Origin: a bacterium
GTDB lineage: Bacteria > Patescibacteriota > Patescibacteriia > UBA10025
Assembly (NCBI GenBank): GCA_021815445.1
Contig: JAKAGM010000001.1
Location: forward strand, 299,527-363,526
Reading direction: 5' to 3'
DNA: 64,000 nucleotides
This document shows, piece by piece, positions 9,075-19,588 of this stretch (position 1 is its first letter; each line of letters starts with the position of its first letter). Below the pieces are notes generated by a model, which was not told where the DNA came from, did not search any database, and saw only the letters and a list, made by a program, of their open reading frames with translations. The position numbers and the translations under genes were made by a program.

Positions 9075-10403
9075 CTAACGCAATGCACGGGGTAGTTCAG
9101 AAAGAGCCCGCAAGAAATCTCCACTGATACGTGTGATGCTTCCGGCTCCCATAGTAATAACCACGTCTCCGCGCTTAAGTTGGGGCAGGACTCCAGAAAT
9201 GATACTGCCGAGCTGGGGGATATATTGCAAATCACGATGTTTGAGTATTTCATCAAACAGATTTTTCGCATTTATGCTCTCACCTGCCTCGCGTCCTTCG
9301 ACAAAAAAAATCTCAGTCAATACCAGCTTATCGGCGTCCTGAAATGAGTTGACGAAATCCTGAAAAAGCATCCTGGTCCTGTTGCGTTGATGCGGCTGAA
9401 AAATACACCATATTCTTCTGCCAGGGTACTTCTCTTTCGCCGCCTTGAGCGTAGCCCTGATTTCTGTAGGATGATGCGCATAGTCGTCAATAATCGTCAC
9501 CCCGTTGCTCTCACCCTTAACTTCAAATCTCCTCCAAATTCCCGGGAATTCTTTCAACGCAGAGGCTATAATATCCATAGCAACCCCCAGTTCACAGGCG
9601 AGCATACAAGCGGCAAGCGCATTGTTAATATTGTGTCTCCCTGGAATTTTAAGCGGTGTAATTTCAGATTCATGCGTGTCGCCCTTTCCGAACCATAACA
9701 CCCTGCTTCTCAGATGGTGGCACACATCAAGAACATTTCGATCTTCTATATTTGCAACGATAAAACCTTCCGGCGGGACTTTTTTGGCAAGGGCGTGGAA
9801 CGACTGCTTCACGTCATCCAGATCCTTATAAAAATCCAGATGATCTGCTTCAATGTTCGTGATAATCAGGCAATCAGGTTTATATCGAAGAAATGATGCT
9901 TGGTACTCGTCCCCTTCGACAATGAAGAATTTTCCATTTCCGACGAGAACGTTGCCGTCAAATCCGGGAACGAGACTCCCGACGATGACCGTAGGATCAA
10001 GCCCGGCTTTTTGGAAAATGCGTCCCACCATAGCCGAGGTCGTTGATTTGCCGTGCGTGCCTGCCACGACGATGCGGACATGCCCCTCCATCAGTTCACC
10101 GACCATTTCAGGGTAACTGAGTATTGCGATGCCCCGATGTTCTGCTTCTACCCGCTCGGGGTTATCCTTACTGATCGCCGGACTATAGACGAGGAGATCG
10201 ACATCCGCAGCCACGCTCTCCTTTCGATGCTCACCGAATATAACCGCAGCACCACGGGACACGAGAGCGTCGGTAATTGCAGATGGCGCAAGATCTGACC
10301 CCGAGACATGCTTGCCATGTACCAGCATATAGCGAGCGACGGCGGAAACGCCGATCCCGCCGATACCCACGAGGTGCACATGCTGAATTTGTCCCATATT
10401 CAT
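9075..10403 (-). CDS. murC: UDP-N-acetylmuramate--L-alanine ligase MurC
   Basis: 442 aa. VHLVGIGGIGVSAVA Rossmann start, Mur ligase central GTHGKSTTS P-loop and C-terminal domain. Confidence 0.9.
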   Translation of the reverse strand: MNMGQIQHVHLVGIGGIGVSAVARYMLVHGKHVSGSDLAPSAITDALVSRGAAVIFGEHRKESVAADVDLLVYSPAISKDNPERVEAEHRGIAILSYPEMVGELMEGHVRIVVAGTHGKSTTSAMVGRIFQKAGLDPTVIVGSLVPGFDGNVLVGNGKFFIVEGDEYQASFLRYKPDCLIITNIEADHLDFYKDLDDVKQSFHALAKKVPPEGFIVANIEDRNVLDVCHHLRSRVLWFGKGDTHESEITPLKIPGRHNINNALAACMLACELGVAMDIIASALKEFPGIWRRFEVKGESNGVTIIDDYAHHPTEIRATLKAAKEKYPGRRIWCIFQPHQRNRTRMLFQDFVNSFQDADKLVLTEIFFVEGREAGESINAKNLFDEILKHRDLQYIPQLGSIISGVLPQLKRGDVVITMGAGSITRISGDFLRALSELPRALR

Positions 10404-11458
10404 ACACTTCCAAGTGAACGAATGATGCTTGCGATCATTTTTCCCGAACCGGGTTTCGAAAACCGCGCGATAGCCCTCTCCAACCCAGCACGATCATCGG
10501 GACTTTGAAGAAGTCTGTCTATTTCGCGTGACAGACGTGAGGATGAAAATTCCTCTTGAGAAATGACCACTGCGGCATGAGACGCCGAGAATAAAGCTGC
10601 ATTATCTTCCTGCGGCGAATGTGGGAGTGGAACAAGGATGGAGGCTTTTCGAAGGTCGGAAAGTTCTGACAATATGGATGCACCAGCACGAGAAACGACG
10701 ATTGTCGCTGTTGCCAGTGCTTGATAAAGCTGGCGAGGTTTAAGAAATTCGAATTGTCTCAGCCGTTTGTTCGCGGTAAACCCTGGTGACTTGTTTTTTC
10801 CCGTAATTGCAGTTACATTCATTCGCTCGAGAATATGGGGAAGCGATCCGCCGAGAACTTTATTCATAAACAATGACCCGGTTCCCCCGCCGGTAATAAG
10901 AAGTAACGGCAAGTTTTCAGGAAATGACGGCAGATCTTTCGATCCCTGACGCGCATAAACTCGTGTAGGGTTCCCAGTCCAGATCGCCTTTGCGCCAGGG
11001 ATTCGATCAACAGTGGCTTGAAACCCAGTCGTTATCTTGGTACAGCAATAATGAGACATCGCAAGCGAGAGGCCCGGCTTGACGTCGGGTTGGTGAAACA
11101 CAATCTTTTTTCCTAGTAGCCACCCCGCCCAAACGCACGGCACGCTGACGTATCCACCCGCCGCAATAATGACGTCAGGCTGGAAACGCATGAAAATGAC
11201 CACTGCCTGTATGAAGCCTACTGCAACAAGAAAAGGCGCAACTGCTGTTTGCAGGCTGAGATAACGCCGAAACTTGCCACTGATCAATGTTGTGAAGGGA
11301 ATATGACATTCTGAGACCATTTCACGCTCGGGAAAACCCGACCTTGTTCCCACAAACAAAAATGAATGACGTGGCTGGTCGATATGCAGCTCATCCCACA
11401 ATGCGAGGAGTGGAGTGACCGACCCTGCCGTGCCGCCTCCGCACAGAGCGATGTTCAT
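10400..11458 (-). CDS. murG: Undecaprenyl-PP-MurNAc-pentapeptide GlcNAc transferase MurG (GT28)
   Basis: 352 aa. MNIALCGGGTAGSVTPLLAL N-terminal G-loop and C-terminal GT-B domain. 4-nt overlap with murC. Confidence 0.9.
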   Translation of the reverse strand: MNIALCGGGTAGSVTPLLALWDELHIDQPRHSFLFVGTRSGFPEREMVSECHIPFTTLISGKFRRYLSLQTAVAPFLVAVGFIQAVVIFMRFQPDVIIAAGGYVSVPCVWAGWLLGKKIVFHQPDVKPGLSLAMSHYCCTKITTGFQATVDRIPGAKAIWTGNPTRVYARQGSKDLPSFPENLPLLLITGGGTGSLFMNKVLGGSLPHILERMNVTAITGKNKSPGFTANKRLRQFEFLKPRQLYQALATATIVVSRAGASILSELSDLRKASILVPLPHSPQEDNAALFSASHAAVVISQEEFSSSRLSREIDRLLQSPDDRAGLERAIARFSKPGSGKMIASIIRSLGSV

Positions 11459-12561
11459 ACTGTTGAAGTTTGCTTTGAAATATTAAGCAGGACGCCCACG
11501 CAAGTTAATGATATTGCAAGTGCAGAACTCCCGTAACTGATAAAAGGTAAAGGGATCCCAGTAAGCGGTAATAGCCCGACCATCGCGCCTATATTGATAA
11601 GTGTCTGGACGGTAATCCAAGACGTAATACCGGCCGCCAGAAGTTTGCCGAATGTATCCGGCGCGCGACGCGCGGTCATAAAACCTCTTATCATGACAAT
11701 AAAATATAATCCGATCAACAGCAGTGAAAGAATAAATCCAAGTTCTTCGGCAATGACGGCAAATATCGAATCGCCGGTAACCTCCGGGAGAAAATTATAC
11801 TTCTGCCGTGAATGGCCGAGGCCGAGGCCGAATATTCCGCCTGATCCGACGGCAAGCAACGCCTGGTTGATATGATATCCGATACCCTGCGGGTCAAGAT
11901 CAGGGTTGAGAAAAACAGTGAGACGGTCCGCGCGGTACGACGAAGTTTTGATGAGAAGGTAAAAAAGGGCCAACCCGCCTCCGAACATCCATAGTAGATG
12001 TTTTATCGGAGCTCCGGCGACAAAATATACAATAATGGAGGTTATCGCTATAACCATGAGAGTGCCAAAGTCGGGCTCCATAATAATTAGCAGGCCCAAT
12101 GCTCCGAGAATTACCACAAAGGGTACGAGACCGTACGAAACATCTTTAATGGACTTGCCTCTTTTCTCAAGCCATGTCGCAAGGTACAAGATAAACGAGA
12201 ACTTCAAGAGTTCGGTTGGTTGAAATGTGTTCCCGGCTACAGCAATCCACCGGCGCGCACCGCCTGAGCCATAGCCGATTCCCGGGATAAAGACAGCGAT
12301 GAGTAAAATGACCGTGAGCACCAAAAGAGGAAGTGCAAATTTTTTCCAGCGGTGGTATTCAATCCTCGACGCCACATACATCCCCGCGATACCTATGAGA
12401 AGGCCGTAGATAATCTGATGATTAACCAAGTAATTGCTGCTGCCAAAGTGCTCATAGCTCACCACGCTTGATGCGGATGTAAGCATGACGATTCCAATAA
12501 CGACAATGATAAATACGCAGGCAAGCAAGGTATAGTCCGGGTGGTGTGGTCGCGTGCTCAT
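11455..12561 (-). CDS. ftsW: SEDS family cell division protein FtsW
   Basis: 368 aa polytopic membrane protein with FtsW/RodA family pattern. Positioned between murD and murG. Confidence 0.85.
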   Translation of the reverse strand: MSTRPHHPDYTLLACVFIIVVIGIVMLTSASSVVSYEHFGSSNYLVNHQIIYGLLIGIAGMYVASRIEYHRWKKFALPLLVLTVILLIAVFIPGIGYGSGGARRWIAVAGNTFQPTELLKFSFILYLATWLEKRGKSIKDVSYGLVPFVVILGALGLLIIMEPDFGTLMVIAITSIIVYFVAGAPIKHLLWMFGGGLALFYLLIKTSSYRADRLTVFLNPDLDPQGIGYHINQALLAVGSGGIFGLGLGHSRQKYNFLPEVTGDSIFAVIAEELGFILSLLLIGLYFIVMIRGFMTARRAPDTFGKLLAAGITSWITVQTLINIGAMVGLLPLTGIPLPFISYGSSALAISLTCVGVLLNISKQTSTV

Positions 12562-12566
12562 GGTAG

Positions 12567-13946
12567 TTACAGTTTCTTGACTGCTGCTACAAACTGGCGT
12601 CCGCGGTCGAATTCGTGGAGAAATAAGCCGAAACTCGCACTTCCAGGCGAAAGAATTACCGTGTCACCTTTTTTTGCACGGGCTGAAGCAAGTTTCACAG
12701 CGTGATCCATTGATCGGGCAAAAGAATGGGGGAATTTACGTTTCCTTAGTAAAGCACTGATCTTTGCTGTCGCTGTCCCTGGCAGCAATATGAGGCAGCC
12801 GACTTTACGAACAATTTCGCGTACAAAATTCGCATACGGAAGTTTTTTGTCCGCCCCTCCTGCGATAAGTATAATCCTTCCCGAGATTGTTTCGAGCGCC
12901 GCAACCGCAGATTCAGGATTTGTAGCAGTTGTGTCATTGATAAATCGGACGCCGTTTTTTACAGTAACAAGTTCCTGCCTTCCTGCGACTCCCCGAAAGT
13001 GTGACAAGGCAGAGGCAATATATTTCACGGGGACACCGACGGTATACGCAGCCGTGACGGCGGCCAAAGCATTTTCCCGATTGTGGCTTCCAGGAACCCT
13101 GATTGCATCAACCGGGCAAATAGCTTGCTCTATTTTCTTTGACCTGCACACCACAGTGTTGTCGCGGATAAAACAGGCCCGCTCGCGCTCTAACGGGTGT
13201 AATGAAAACCAAACTACTGTCCCGCCAGCTTTTTTAGCCAGAGACCTTGTTAGCTTATTATCAAAATTGAGAATAGTGAAGTCTTTTTTTGTCTGACGGG
13301 AAAAAATAACACTCTTGGCTTTAGCGTAGCCCGCCATAGTACCATGCGTGTTGAGATGGTCGGGAAACAAATTAGTGATTACTGCGAGATGGGGCTTCAA
13401 ACGGAAAAAACTCAAGTCCTCAAGTTGCCAGCTCGATAATTCGATTACCGTCGGATCTTGGCGCCGGATGCCCTTAAGCAAAGTTAAAGGACTCAAGCCG
13501 GGATTTCCTGCGAGAACGCTATGAGGCCACCTACGCAGAACCATGTCATAGAGCATGCGCGTTGTCGTCGTTTTTCCCTTCGTACCGGTAATCGCAAACA
13601 ACGGGCTTGGGGTTCTTTCAATAAACAATGAAATATCCGTAACTATGGGAATCCCCTGCTTCCTGGCAAACATTAGATACGGAGAATTGATTGGCACTCC
13701 GGGATTTTTGACAATGATATCAGACGACGCAACTACTGCTCTGGAATGACTGCCAAGCTCAAAACGAATCCCAAGTCCGCGCAGTTTCCTCAGAGAAGGA
13801 CGCAAAATCAGGGACGACCTGCGATCGGTGACCGTTACCGTCGCGCCTTGACCTACAAGCCATTGAGCCACACTTACTGCCCCTCCGTGCAGGCCGAGGC
13901 CGAAAACAAGCACTTTTTTCCCTTCCAGCTTTGTCAATGTAGACAT
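12567..13946 (-). CDS. murD: UDP-N-acetylmuramoylalanine--D-glutamate ligase MurD
   Basis: 459 aa. KVLVFGLGLHGGAVSVAQWL N-terminal Rossmann and Mur ligase domains (TGTKGKTTTT P-loop). Confidence 0.9.
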   Translation of the reverse strand: MSTLTKLEGKKVLVFGLGLHGGAVSVAQWLVGQGATVTVTDRRSSLILRPSLRKLRGLGIRFELGSHSRAVVASSDIIVKNPGVPINSPYLMFARKQGIPIVTDISLFIERTPSPLFAITGTKGKTTTTRMLYDMVLRRWPHSVLAGNPGLSPLTLLKGIRRQDPTVIELSSWQLEDLSFFRLKPHLAVITNLFPDHLNTHGTMAGYAKAKSVIFSRQTKKDFTILNFDNKLTRSLAKKAGGTVVWFSLHPLERERACFIRDNTVVCRSKKIEQAICPVDAIRVPGSHNRENALAAVTAAYTVGVPVKYIASALSHFRGVAGRQELVTVKNGVRFINDTTATNPESAVAALETISGRIILIAGGADKKLPYANFVREIVRKVGCLILLPGTATAKISALLRKRKFPHSFARSMDHAVKLASARAKKGDTVILSPGSASFGLFLHEFDRGRQFVAAVKKL

Positions 13947-13947
13947 G

Positions 13948-15003
13948 CTAGCGTTTATCTATAATCGCGAGTACAAGCCCAAGAAGCGCCGTGACACCGG
14001 CAATAATCCAAAATCGCATAACAATTTTTGGCTCTGACCAGCCTTTCGCTTCCAAGTGATGATGGATGGGAGCGGACAAAAAAACTTTCTTTTTAAAAAC
14101 CATGCGCCAAAGGAGTTGAATAACTACGGAGAGGGACACGACGGCAAAAACGAAACCAATAACCGGTAACAGCAGTGAAGCGTTGGTAAGCATGGCAATA
14201 ATACCGAGAGTTACCCCTAGCGACATTGACCCCGTATCACCCATAAAAAAACGTGCCGGATTGACATTAAACCATAAAAAGGCAAGAAGTGCGCCGATAA
14301 TTACGCCGCAAAAAGTTACCAGATCATATTTCCCCTGCGCAAATGCTATTCCTGCGTAGGCTACGAATGCAGGGAGAAGCGTCCCTCCAGCAAGTCCGTC
14401 AAGGCCGTCAATTTCATTTACCGAGAAGGCGGTCGCCGCAATCATAAAAATAAAAATTGGTATGTACCAAAGTCCGATATCAAAACTGCCCACAAACGGT
14501 ACATGGAGTGTTGTCCATCCAAGTTTCGAGTAAAACCAGTAGGCGCCAAAAATAGCAATTAGGAGATACAGCAAAAGTTTATGGCGGACCCTCAGCCCTC
14601 CGCCCTGCGGGCCGATACGTCGAACATTAAATAGATCATCGACAAGTCCGACAATCGCAGATACGACGAGTATGCCCAATGGGAGTAACGTTTCAGAGCG
14701 CGAAAGAAAATTAAATTTCTGCAGTGTTGAAAGCCACGGAAACGCGTCAGCGAGTAGAGCGAGAAGAAGCGTAACAATAACGACGGTACCCCAGATGAGG
14801 ACTCCGCCCATAGTAGGAGTGCCCTCTTTTTGGGCGTGCAACTTTGTGAAAATGGGAGTTTGATCAGAAGATCGTATCCGTTTTCCCAATTTATACTTAT
14901 AGAGATAATGAGTGACTGCAGGAGTAAGCAGTATAGCGATAACAAATGAGATAAAAGTAAGTATGAGGGTTCTGATAATGACAAAATCTATTTTTAGTAG
15001 CAT
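13948..15003 (-). CDS. mraY: Phospho-N-acetylmuramoyl-pentapeptide transferase MraY
   Basis: 351 aa. NEIDGLDGLAGG and ten-TM topology typical of MraY/WecA (PNPT) superfamily. Confidence 0.92.
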   Translation of the reverse strand: MLLKIDFVIIRTLILTFISFVIAILLTPAVTHYLYKYKLGKRIRSSDQTPIFTKLHAQKEGTPTMGGVLIWGTVVIVTLLLALLADAFPWLSTLQKFNFLSRSETLLPLGILVVSAIVGLVDDLFNVRRIGPQGGGLRVRHKLLLYLLIAIFGAYWFYSKLGWTTLHVPFVGSFDIGLWYIPIFIFMIAATAFSVNEIDGLDGLAGGTLLPAFVAYAGIAFAQGKYDLVTFCGVIIGALLAFLWFNVNPARFFMGDTGSMSLGVTLGIIAMLTNASLLLPVIGFVFAVVSLSVVIQLLWRMVFKKKVFLSAPIHHHLEAKGWSEPKIVMRFWIIAGVTALLGLVLAIIDKR

Positions 15004-15007
15004 AGTT

Positions 15008-15370
15008 TCAAAAAATATTTTTTATGACAAGTATCGAGGAAGTCAAAAAAATTATCTGCGCGACTAAAGAAAAAGAAGCCAGCAATACGTTTGAAAAATA
15101 ACTCTCTCTGATAATGACAGAAACGAAAAAGTTTATAGCAAGGGTAAGAAAAGCTAAGCAAGGAAAGATAAATATGTAATACCATGGACCAAAAAAATCT
15201 ATCCCGAGGTATACGGTATAATGCAGCGGGATGGAATCATTCACAGGGTGAACCTTGAGTGTCAACAGTACGATGTGGGCGACAAGAACCACCGCACTGC
15301 TTAAATACAGGGCGATGACTGATTGATTGTCCATAGCGTCAGTAAAACTCTTTTTGCTGAAACGTAGCAT
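15008..15370 (-). CDS. Small hypothetical membrane protein at head of dcw operon
   Basis: 120 aa with 3-4 hydrophobic segments, co-oriented and 5 nt from mraY. No recognisable family. Confidence 0.4.
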   Translation of the reverse strand: MLRFSKKSFTDAMDNQSVIALYLSSAVVLVAHIVLLTLKVHPVNDSIPLHYTVYLGIDFFGPWYYIFIFPCLAFLTLAINFFVSVIIRESYFSNVLLASFSLVAQIIFLTSSILVIKNIF

Positions 15371-15460
15371 GAACAGTATTGCCTATTGGCTAATAATACT
15401 CCGCAAATATCACAAAGTTTTTGTATTATACAACAAGACTGGCCTTTTTACAAGCGATTG

Positions 15461-15489
15461 ATTGACTATTGCATTTATTTTTGCTATAA
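15461..15489 (+). promoter_or_regulatory. Sigma-70-like promoter for pilB (TTGACT-17 nt-TATAAT)
   Basis: ttgact at 15461-15466, 17-nt spacer, tataat at 15484-15489, 18 nt upstream of the pilB ATG. In a 137-nt divergent intergenic region. Confidence 0.5.
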
Positions 15490-15507
15490 TATATTGGTAA
15501 AAATCGT

Positions 15508-17247
15508 ATGTTTAGTGAAGATGAAATCAAAAAGGTTATCCTTTCCAGCAGCATACTGACGGAGGATGTCCTTACGGTCAATGCTAAGGCAGCGGCCTCG
15601 AAAGGCATAGAGCTCGGCAAATACCTCGTCGAAAATAAAGTCGTCGGGGAAAATGTCCTTTATGAAGCTCTCGCAAATAGCAAGAAAATTCCTTTCATTG
15701 ACTTGCGGGATCAAACCATCCGGAAAGATATCCTCACTTTGCTCCCTGAGCCAATTTCGCAAAAACACCAGATCGTCGCTTTTGCAAAAGACGACCATGA
15801 AGTAAAAATCGCTACCCTGGATCCGTACAACATCCAGCTTTTTGAATTTATAAAGAAAAAAACGGGATTGAACGTCGAGGTGTCGCTCACTTCACCGACA
15901 GGGATCAAGGCGGCACTTGCGCAATATCACAAAGGACTTTCAGCTGAATTTAAAAAAATCACCAGCGGAGAAGAAACGGCAGATAGCCAAGATGAAGATA
16001 AAGAAAAAGATCTCAAGAAACTGGCCCATGACCTCCCCATTGTAAGAATAGTTGACACGCTACTGGAATACGCAATCTTTGAAAACGCTTCAGATATTCA
16101 CATCGAGCCCACTGAAAAAGAGACAGTCGTTCGCTACAGAGTCGACGGAATTCTGCGGGATGCCATGACTCTCCCTAAATCAGCGCACGCAGGTATCATC
16201 GCTCGCATCAAAGTGCTCTCAAGTCTTAAAATTGATGAGCATCGTTTGCCTCAGGACGGGAGATTTAAGGTCTCCACCCAGGAGCACAAAATTGCATTTC
16301 GTGTTTCGATACTTCCTGTTTTCGACGGCGAAAAGGTTGTGCTGAGACTGCTTAATGAATCAGCCCATGTGCTGACCCTTGAACAGCTTGGTATGCAGCC
16401 AAAAGCCCTCCTCGCCGTAAAGGACGCCCTCGATAAACCCCACGGCATTCTTCTGGTCACGGGCCCCACCGGCTCCGGAAAAACGACTACGCTGTATACA
16501 ATGCTGAATATTCTGAATACGTCGGACGTAAATATTTCAACAGTCGAAGATCCTATTGAATATCGAATGCCGAGAGTAAACCAAAGCCAGGTGAACCCGA
16601 AGATAGGCTTTACGTTTGCTAACGGATTGCGCTCCCTTCTTCGCCAAGATCCGGATATCATCATGGTAGGAGAAATCCGCGACAATGAAACCGCCGAGAT
16701 CGCCGCGAATGCCGCGATGACCGGCCACCTCGTGCTCAGCACTCTTCATACCAACGACGCGCCGTCATCACTTCCCCGCTTGTCAGAGATGGGAATTCCC
16801 TCATTTCTTATTGCATCGACGACAAATTTGATTATCGCTCAACGACTTGTGAGAAAAATTTGCCCTCACTGCATTTTAAGTTACACACTTTCAAAAAAAG
16901 CGATAAGTGAGCTTTCAAGGCAATTTGATGTGCCCATGATACTCATGACTCTTGAAAGAGAAGGCACCATACTCTCGGCAAAGGCTCCCCTTGAGTCTTT
17001 ACTGTTTTATAGGGGAAAGGGATGCAAACAGTGCAATAATTCCGGCTACAAAGGACGAATTGGAATTTATGAGGCACTCGTGGTATCAAAAAAAATGAGT
17101 GAACTGATTCTCAATAATGCCTCTACTGAAGAAATTCGACAGGCGGCAATAAAAGAAGGTATGATCACAATGCTACAGGACGGTTTTATAAAAGCAAAAA
17201 ATGGTATGACATCAATCGAGGAGGTCATCCGGGTAACAAAAGAATAA
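15508..17247 (+). CDS. pilB: Type IV pilus assembly ATPase PilB (GspE family)
   Basis: 579 aa. N-terminal T2SE_N domain. Walker A GPTGSGKTTTLY, Asp box, His box and tetracysteine (CPHC...CKQC) motif. Confidence 0.9.
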   Translation: MFSEDEIKKVILSSSILTEDVLTVNAKAAASKGIELGKYLVENKVVGENVLYEALANSKKIPFIDLRDQTIRKDILTLLPEPISQKHQIVAFAKDDHEVKIATLDPYNIQLFEFIKKKTGLNVEVSLTSPTGIKAALAQYHKGLSAEFKKITSGEETADSQDEDKEKDLKKLAHDLPIVRIVDTLLEYAIFENASDIHIEPTEKETVVRYRVDGILRDAMTLPKSAHAGIIARIKVLSSLKIDEHRLPQDGRFKVSTQEHKIAFRVSILPVFDGEKVVLRLLNESAHVLTLEQLGMQPKALLAVKDALDKPHGILLVTGPTGSGKTTTLYTMLNILNTSDVNISTVEDPIEYRMPRVNQSQVNPKIGFTFANGLRSLLRQDPDIIMVGEIRDNETAEIAANAAMTGHLVLSTLHTNDAPSSLPRLSEMGIPSFLIASTTNLIIAQRLVRKICPHCILSYTLSKKAISELSRQFDVPMILMTLEREGTILSAKAPLESLLFYRGKGCKQCNNSGYKGRIGIYEALVVSKKMSELILNNASTEEIRQAAIKEGMITMLQDGFIKAKNGMTSIEEVIRVTKE

Positions 17248-17255
17248 ACGTCGTT

Positions 17256-18470
17256 ATGCCACTATACGAATACACAGCCCGCACGCAGAATGGCCAACCC
17301 CAAGACGGCCATCTTGAGATATCAAGTGAAAAAGCGCTCGGAGAATACCTTACCTCACGGGGCCTGATCCTTACCAGCGTTAAGGCCGTCCAATCAAAGA
17401 GGGGCGGCATCGCATCTCTTTTCCGCCTGAGTCCGAAAGTTAATGTTGTACAGAAAATTTTCTTTTCTCAAAATCTCCAGGTGATGATTCGAACGGGCTT
17501 TTCTCTTTCAAATGCCCTTCATACGCTTGCCATGCAGACTGAGAGTAAAAAGTTTAAAGAAATCATCTTGGCCATGCAGAATGATGTCGAGAATGGCAAA
17601 TCTTTTTCTGAAGCCTTGAAAAAGTTTCCAACAGTATTTCCCGAATTGTTCGTTAATATGGTCGCTGCGGGCGAAGTGAGCGGCAAACTTGACGAGGTCT
17701 TACACCAATTAAGCCTCCAGCTTAAGAAGGATCACACGCTCATCAGCAAAGTTAAATCGGCGCTTACCTACCCCGCAATTGTTGTTTCAGCCATGCTCGG
17801 CCTCATCGTCGCCATGATGCTGTTTGTCATCCCCAACCTCTTGTCAGTTTTTGAAGAGGCGGGCGCGCAGCTTCCATTGCCCACGAGGGTGCTTATTTTT
17901 CTAACAAAATTTATCAGCGCCAACGGTGTCTGGATCTTACTCGGCGGTATTGCTTTTTGCTTTCTTGTATATCGAATAATTAAGACACGAAAAGGTAAGT
18001 ATTACTTTCACCTTTTTTTGCTCCAAAGTCCTGTTATGGGAAAGATTATAAAAAAAATAAACCTCGCGCGATTTACGAGAAGTCTCAGTTCGCTTTTGAA
18101 AACTGACATTCCGATAGTGCAGACCTTGCAGATTATTTCCCGTACCTTAGGCAATGTTCATTATCGTAATGCCATGATGAAAGCGTCGGAGGAGGTAAAA
18201 AAAGGCGTGAGCATTGTAAAAACACTTGAGATGTATCCGAAGCTTTTTCCGCCCATAGTGACCCAAATGGTGAGCGTCGGGGAGCAGAGCGGCACTCTCG
18301 ATACTATTGTCGAAGAGATAGCAAATTTTTATGAAGAAGACGTCGACACTACAATGGCTAACTTGTCCACAATTATTGAGCCTGCACTTATGCTCCTCCT
18401 CGGTGCAGGGGTTGCCGGATTAGCCGTTTCTATCATCCTGCCTATTTATAATCTTTCGCAGGCTATCTGA
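17256..18470 (+). CDS. pilC: Type IV pilus platform protein PilC (GspF family)
   Basis: 404 aa, two GspF repeats, 3 TM. Immediately downstream of pilB. Confidence 0.9.
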   Translation: MPLYEYTARTQNGQPQDGHLEISSEKALGEYLTSRGLILTSVKAVQSKRGGIASLFRLSPKVNVVQKIFFSQNLQVMIRTGFSLSNALHTLAMQTESKKFKEIILAMQNDVENGKSFSEALKKFPTVFPELFVNMVAAGEVSGKLDEVLHQLSLQLKKDHTLISKVKSALTYPAIVVSAMLGLIVAMMLFVIPNLLSVFEEAGAQLPLPTRVLIFLTKFISANGVWILLGGIAFCFLVYRIIKTRKGKYYFHLFLLQSPVMGKIIKKINLARFTRSLSSLLKTDIPIVQTLQIISRTLGNVHYRNAMMKASEEVKKGVSIVKTLEMYPKLFPPIVTQMVSVGEQSGTLDTIVEEIANFYEEDVDTTMANLSTIIEPALMLLLGAGVAGLAVSIILPIYNLSQAI

Positions 18471-18511
18471 CAGCGGATTATTCACCGACAGTCTGTAATA
18501 TTATTTCTCCA

Positions 18512-19588
18512 ATGTTTCGCTTCTCTCCCTTCACCAACGCATTCGGAATAGATATAAGTGATTTGCGCTTGAGACTTGTCCAAATTGCCAAGAGTGGACG
18601 TAAGCTCAAAGTGCGGTGCTACAACGAGCTTACCGTGCCAGAAGGGTTTATCGTCGACGGTGAAATCAAAAATTTTGCCAAACTCGTCGAGCTTCTCAAG
18701 CAGCTTGTTAAAGAAGCAAAAGGCGGAAAAGTCCTATCAAGCTATGTGATTGCGTCGTTGCCTGAAAGAAAGACATTCTTTAAGGTTTTGGATATTCCGC
18801 AACTTCCCGAAAAAGAAATTGAGGGCGCCGTACAGTGGGGTATAGAACAAAATATCCCCGTAAGCTTCGACTCAGTTTCATATGATTGGCAGACTCTTTC
18901 CCACGATTCCCAAAGTAATAAAACAACCATAGCGGTCGCCGCAATCCCCAAAGAAATACCCGAACAATACTCTGCGTTGCTGAAAGCAGCCAAGCTTGTA
19001 CCGATCGCGCTGGAGACCGAGTCAAATGCAATTGCACGCGCACTGATTGATCCCGCCCAGCATACCAAATCAGGCCTCATTATTATTGACTTAGGCGCAA
19101 GCCGCACATCACTTATTCTAGTCGACGAGGGCGTAATCCATTATTCATCCACTATTGAGCTCTCAGGATACGAAATGACCCAGACAATTGCAAGAAAATT
19201 CCAACTTACAATTGAGCAGGCCGAGAAGGCAAAGCTCATTTGCGGCCTCGATCAAAAAAAGGGAAAAGGTATTGTGCGCCAAGCTTTACTTCCTCTTTTT
19301 GCCGGCCTACAAAAAAAAACGCAAGAGGTTGAGATGTTTTATCACGCATCGCTTTCACGCAAACTCCCTCTTCGGGTTATCCTGTGCGGAGGTGTAAGCC
19401 AGATGGTAGGGCTGGATATATTCCTTACAGATGCACTGCATTTACCCGTTGAGCTTGGCAATCCTTTGAGGTTTGTTACGGGCGGATCAATAAAGAATAG
19501 TATCCCTAAGGAAAAAATACTTCCTTACACAACAGCGCTGGGATTAGCCCTGCGTCCCTTCCTTTCCAACGAACGATATTTCATATGA
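18512..19588 (+). CDS. pilM: Type IV pilus assembly protein PilM (actin-like ATPase fold)
   Basis: 358 aa. N-terminus FGIDISDLRLRLVQ matches the PilM/FtsA-like start. ATGA overlap with the next gene. Confidence 0.8.
   Translation: MFRFSPFTNAFGIDISDLRLRLVQIAKSGRKLKVRCYNELTVPEGFIVDGEIKNFAKLVELLKQLVKEAKGGKVLSSYVIASLPERKTFFKVLDIPQLPEKEIEGAVQWGIEQNIPVSFDSVSYDWQTLSHDSQSNKTTIAVAAIPKEIPEQYSALLKAAKLVPIALETESNAIARALIDPAQHTKSGLIIIDLGASRTSLILVDEGVIHYSSTIELSGYEMTQTIARKFQLTIEQAEKAKLICGLDQKKGKGIVRQALLPLFAGLQKKTQEVEMFYHASLSRKLPLRVILCGGVSQMVGLDIFLTDALHLPVELGNPLRFVTGGSIKNSIPKEKILPYTTALGLALRPFLSNERYFI

Noticed and set aside
16251-16742. 163-aa minus-strand ORF inside pilB
   Set aside because: Antisense to the Walker A and Asp-box region of a strongly supported PilB. 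No independent signals.
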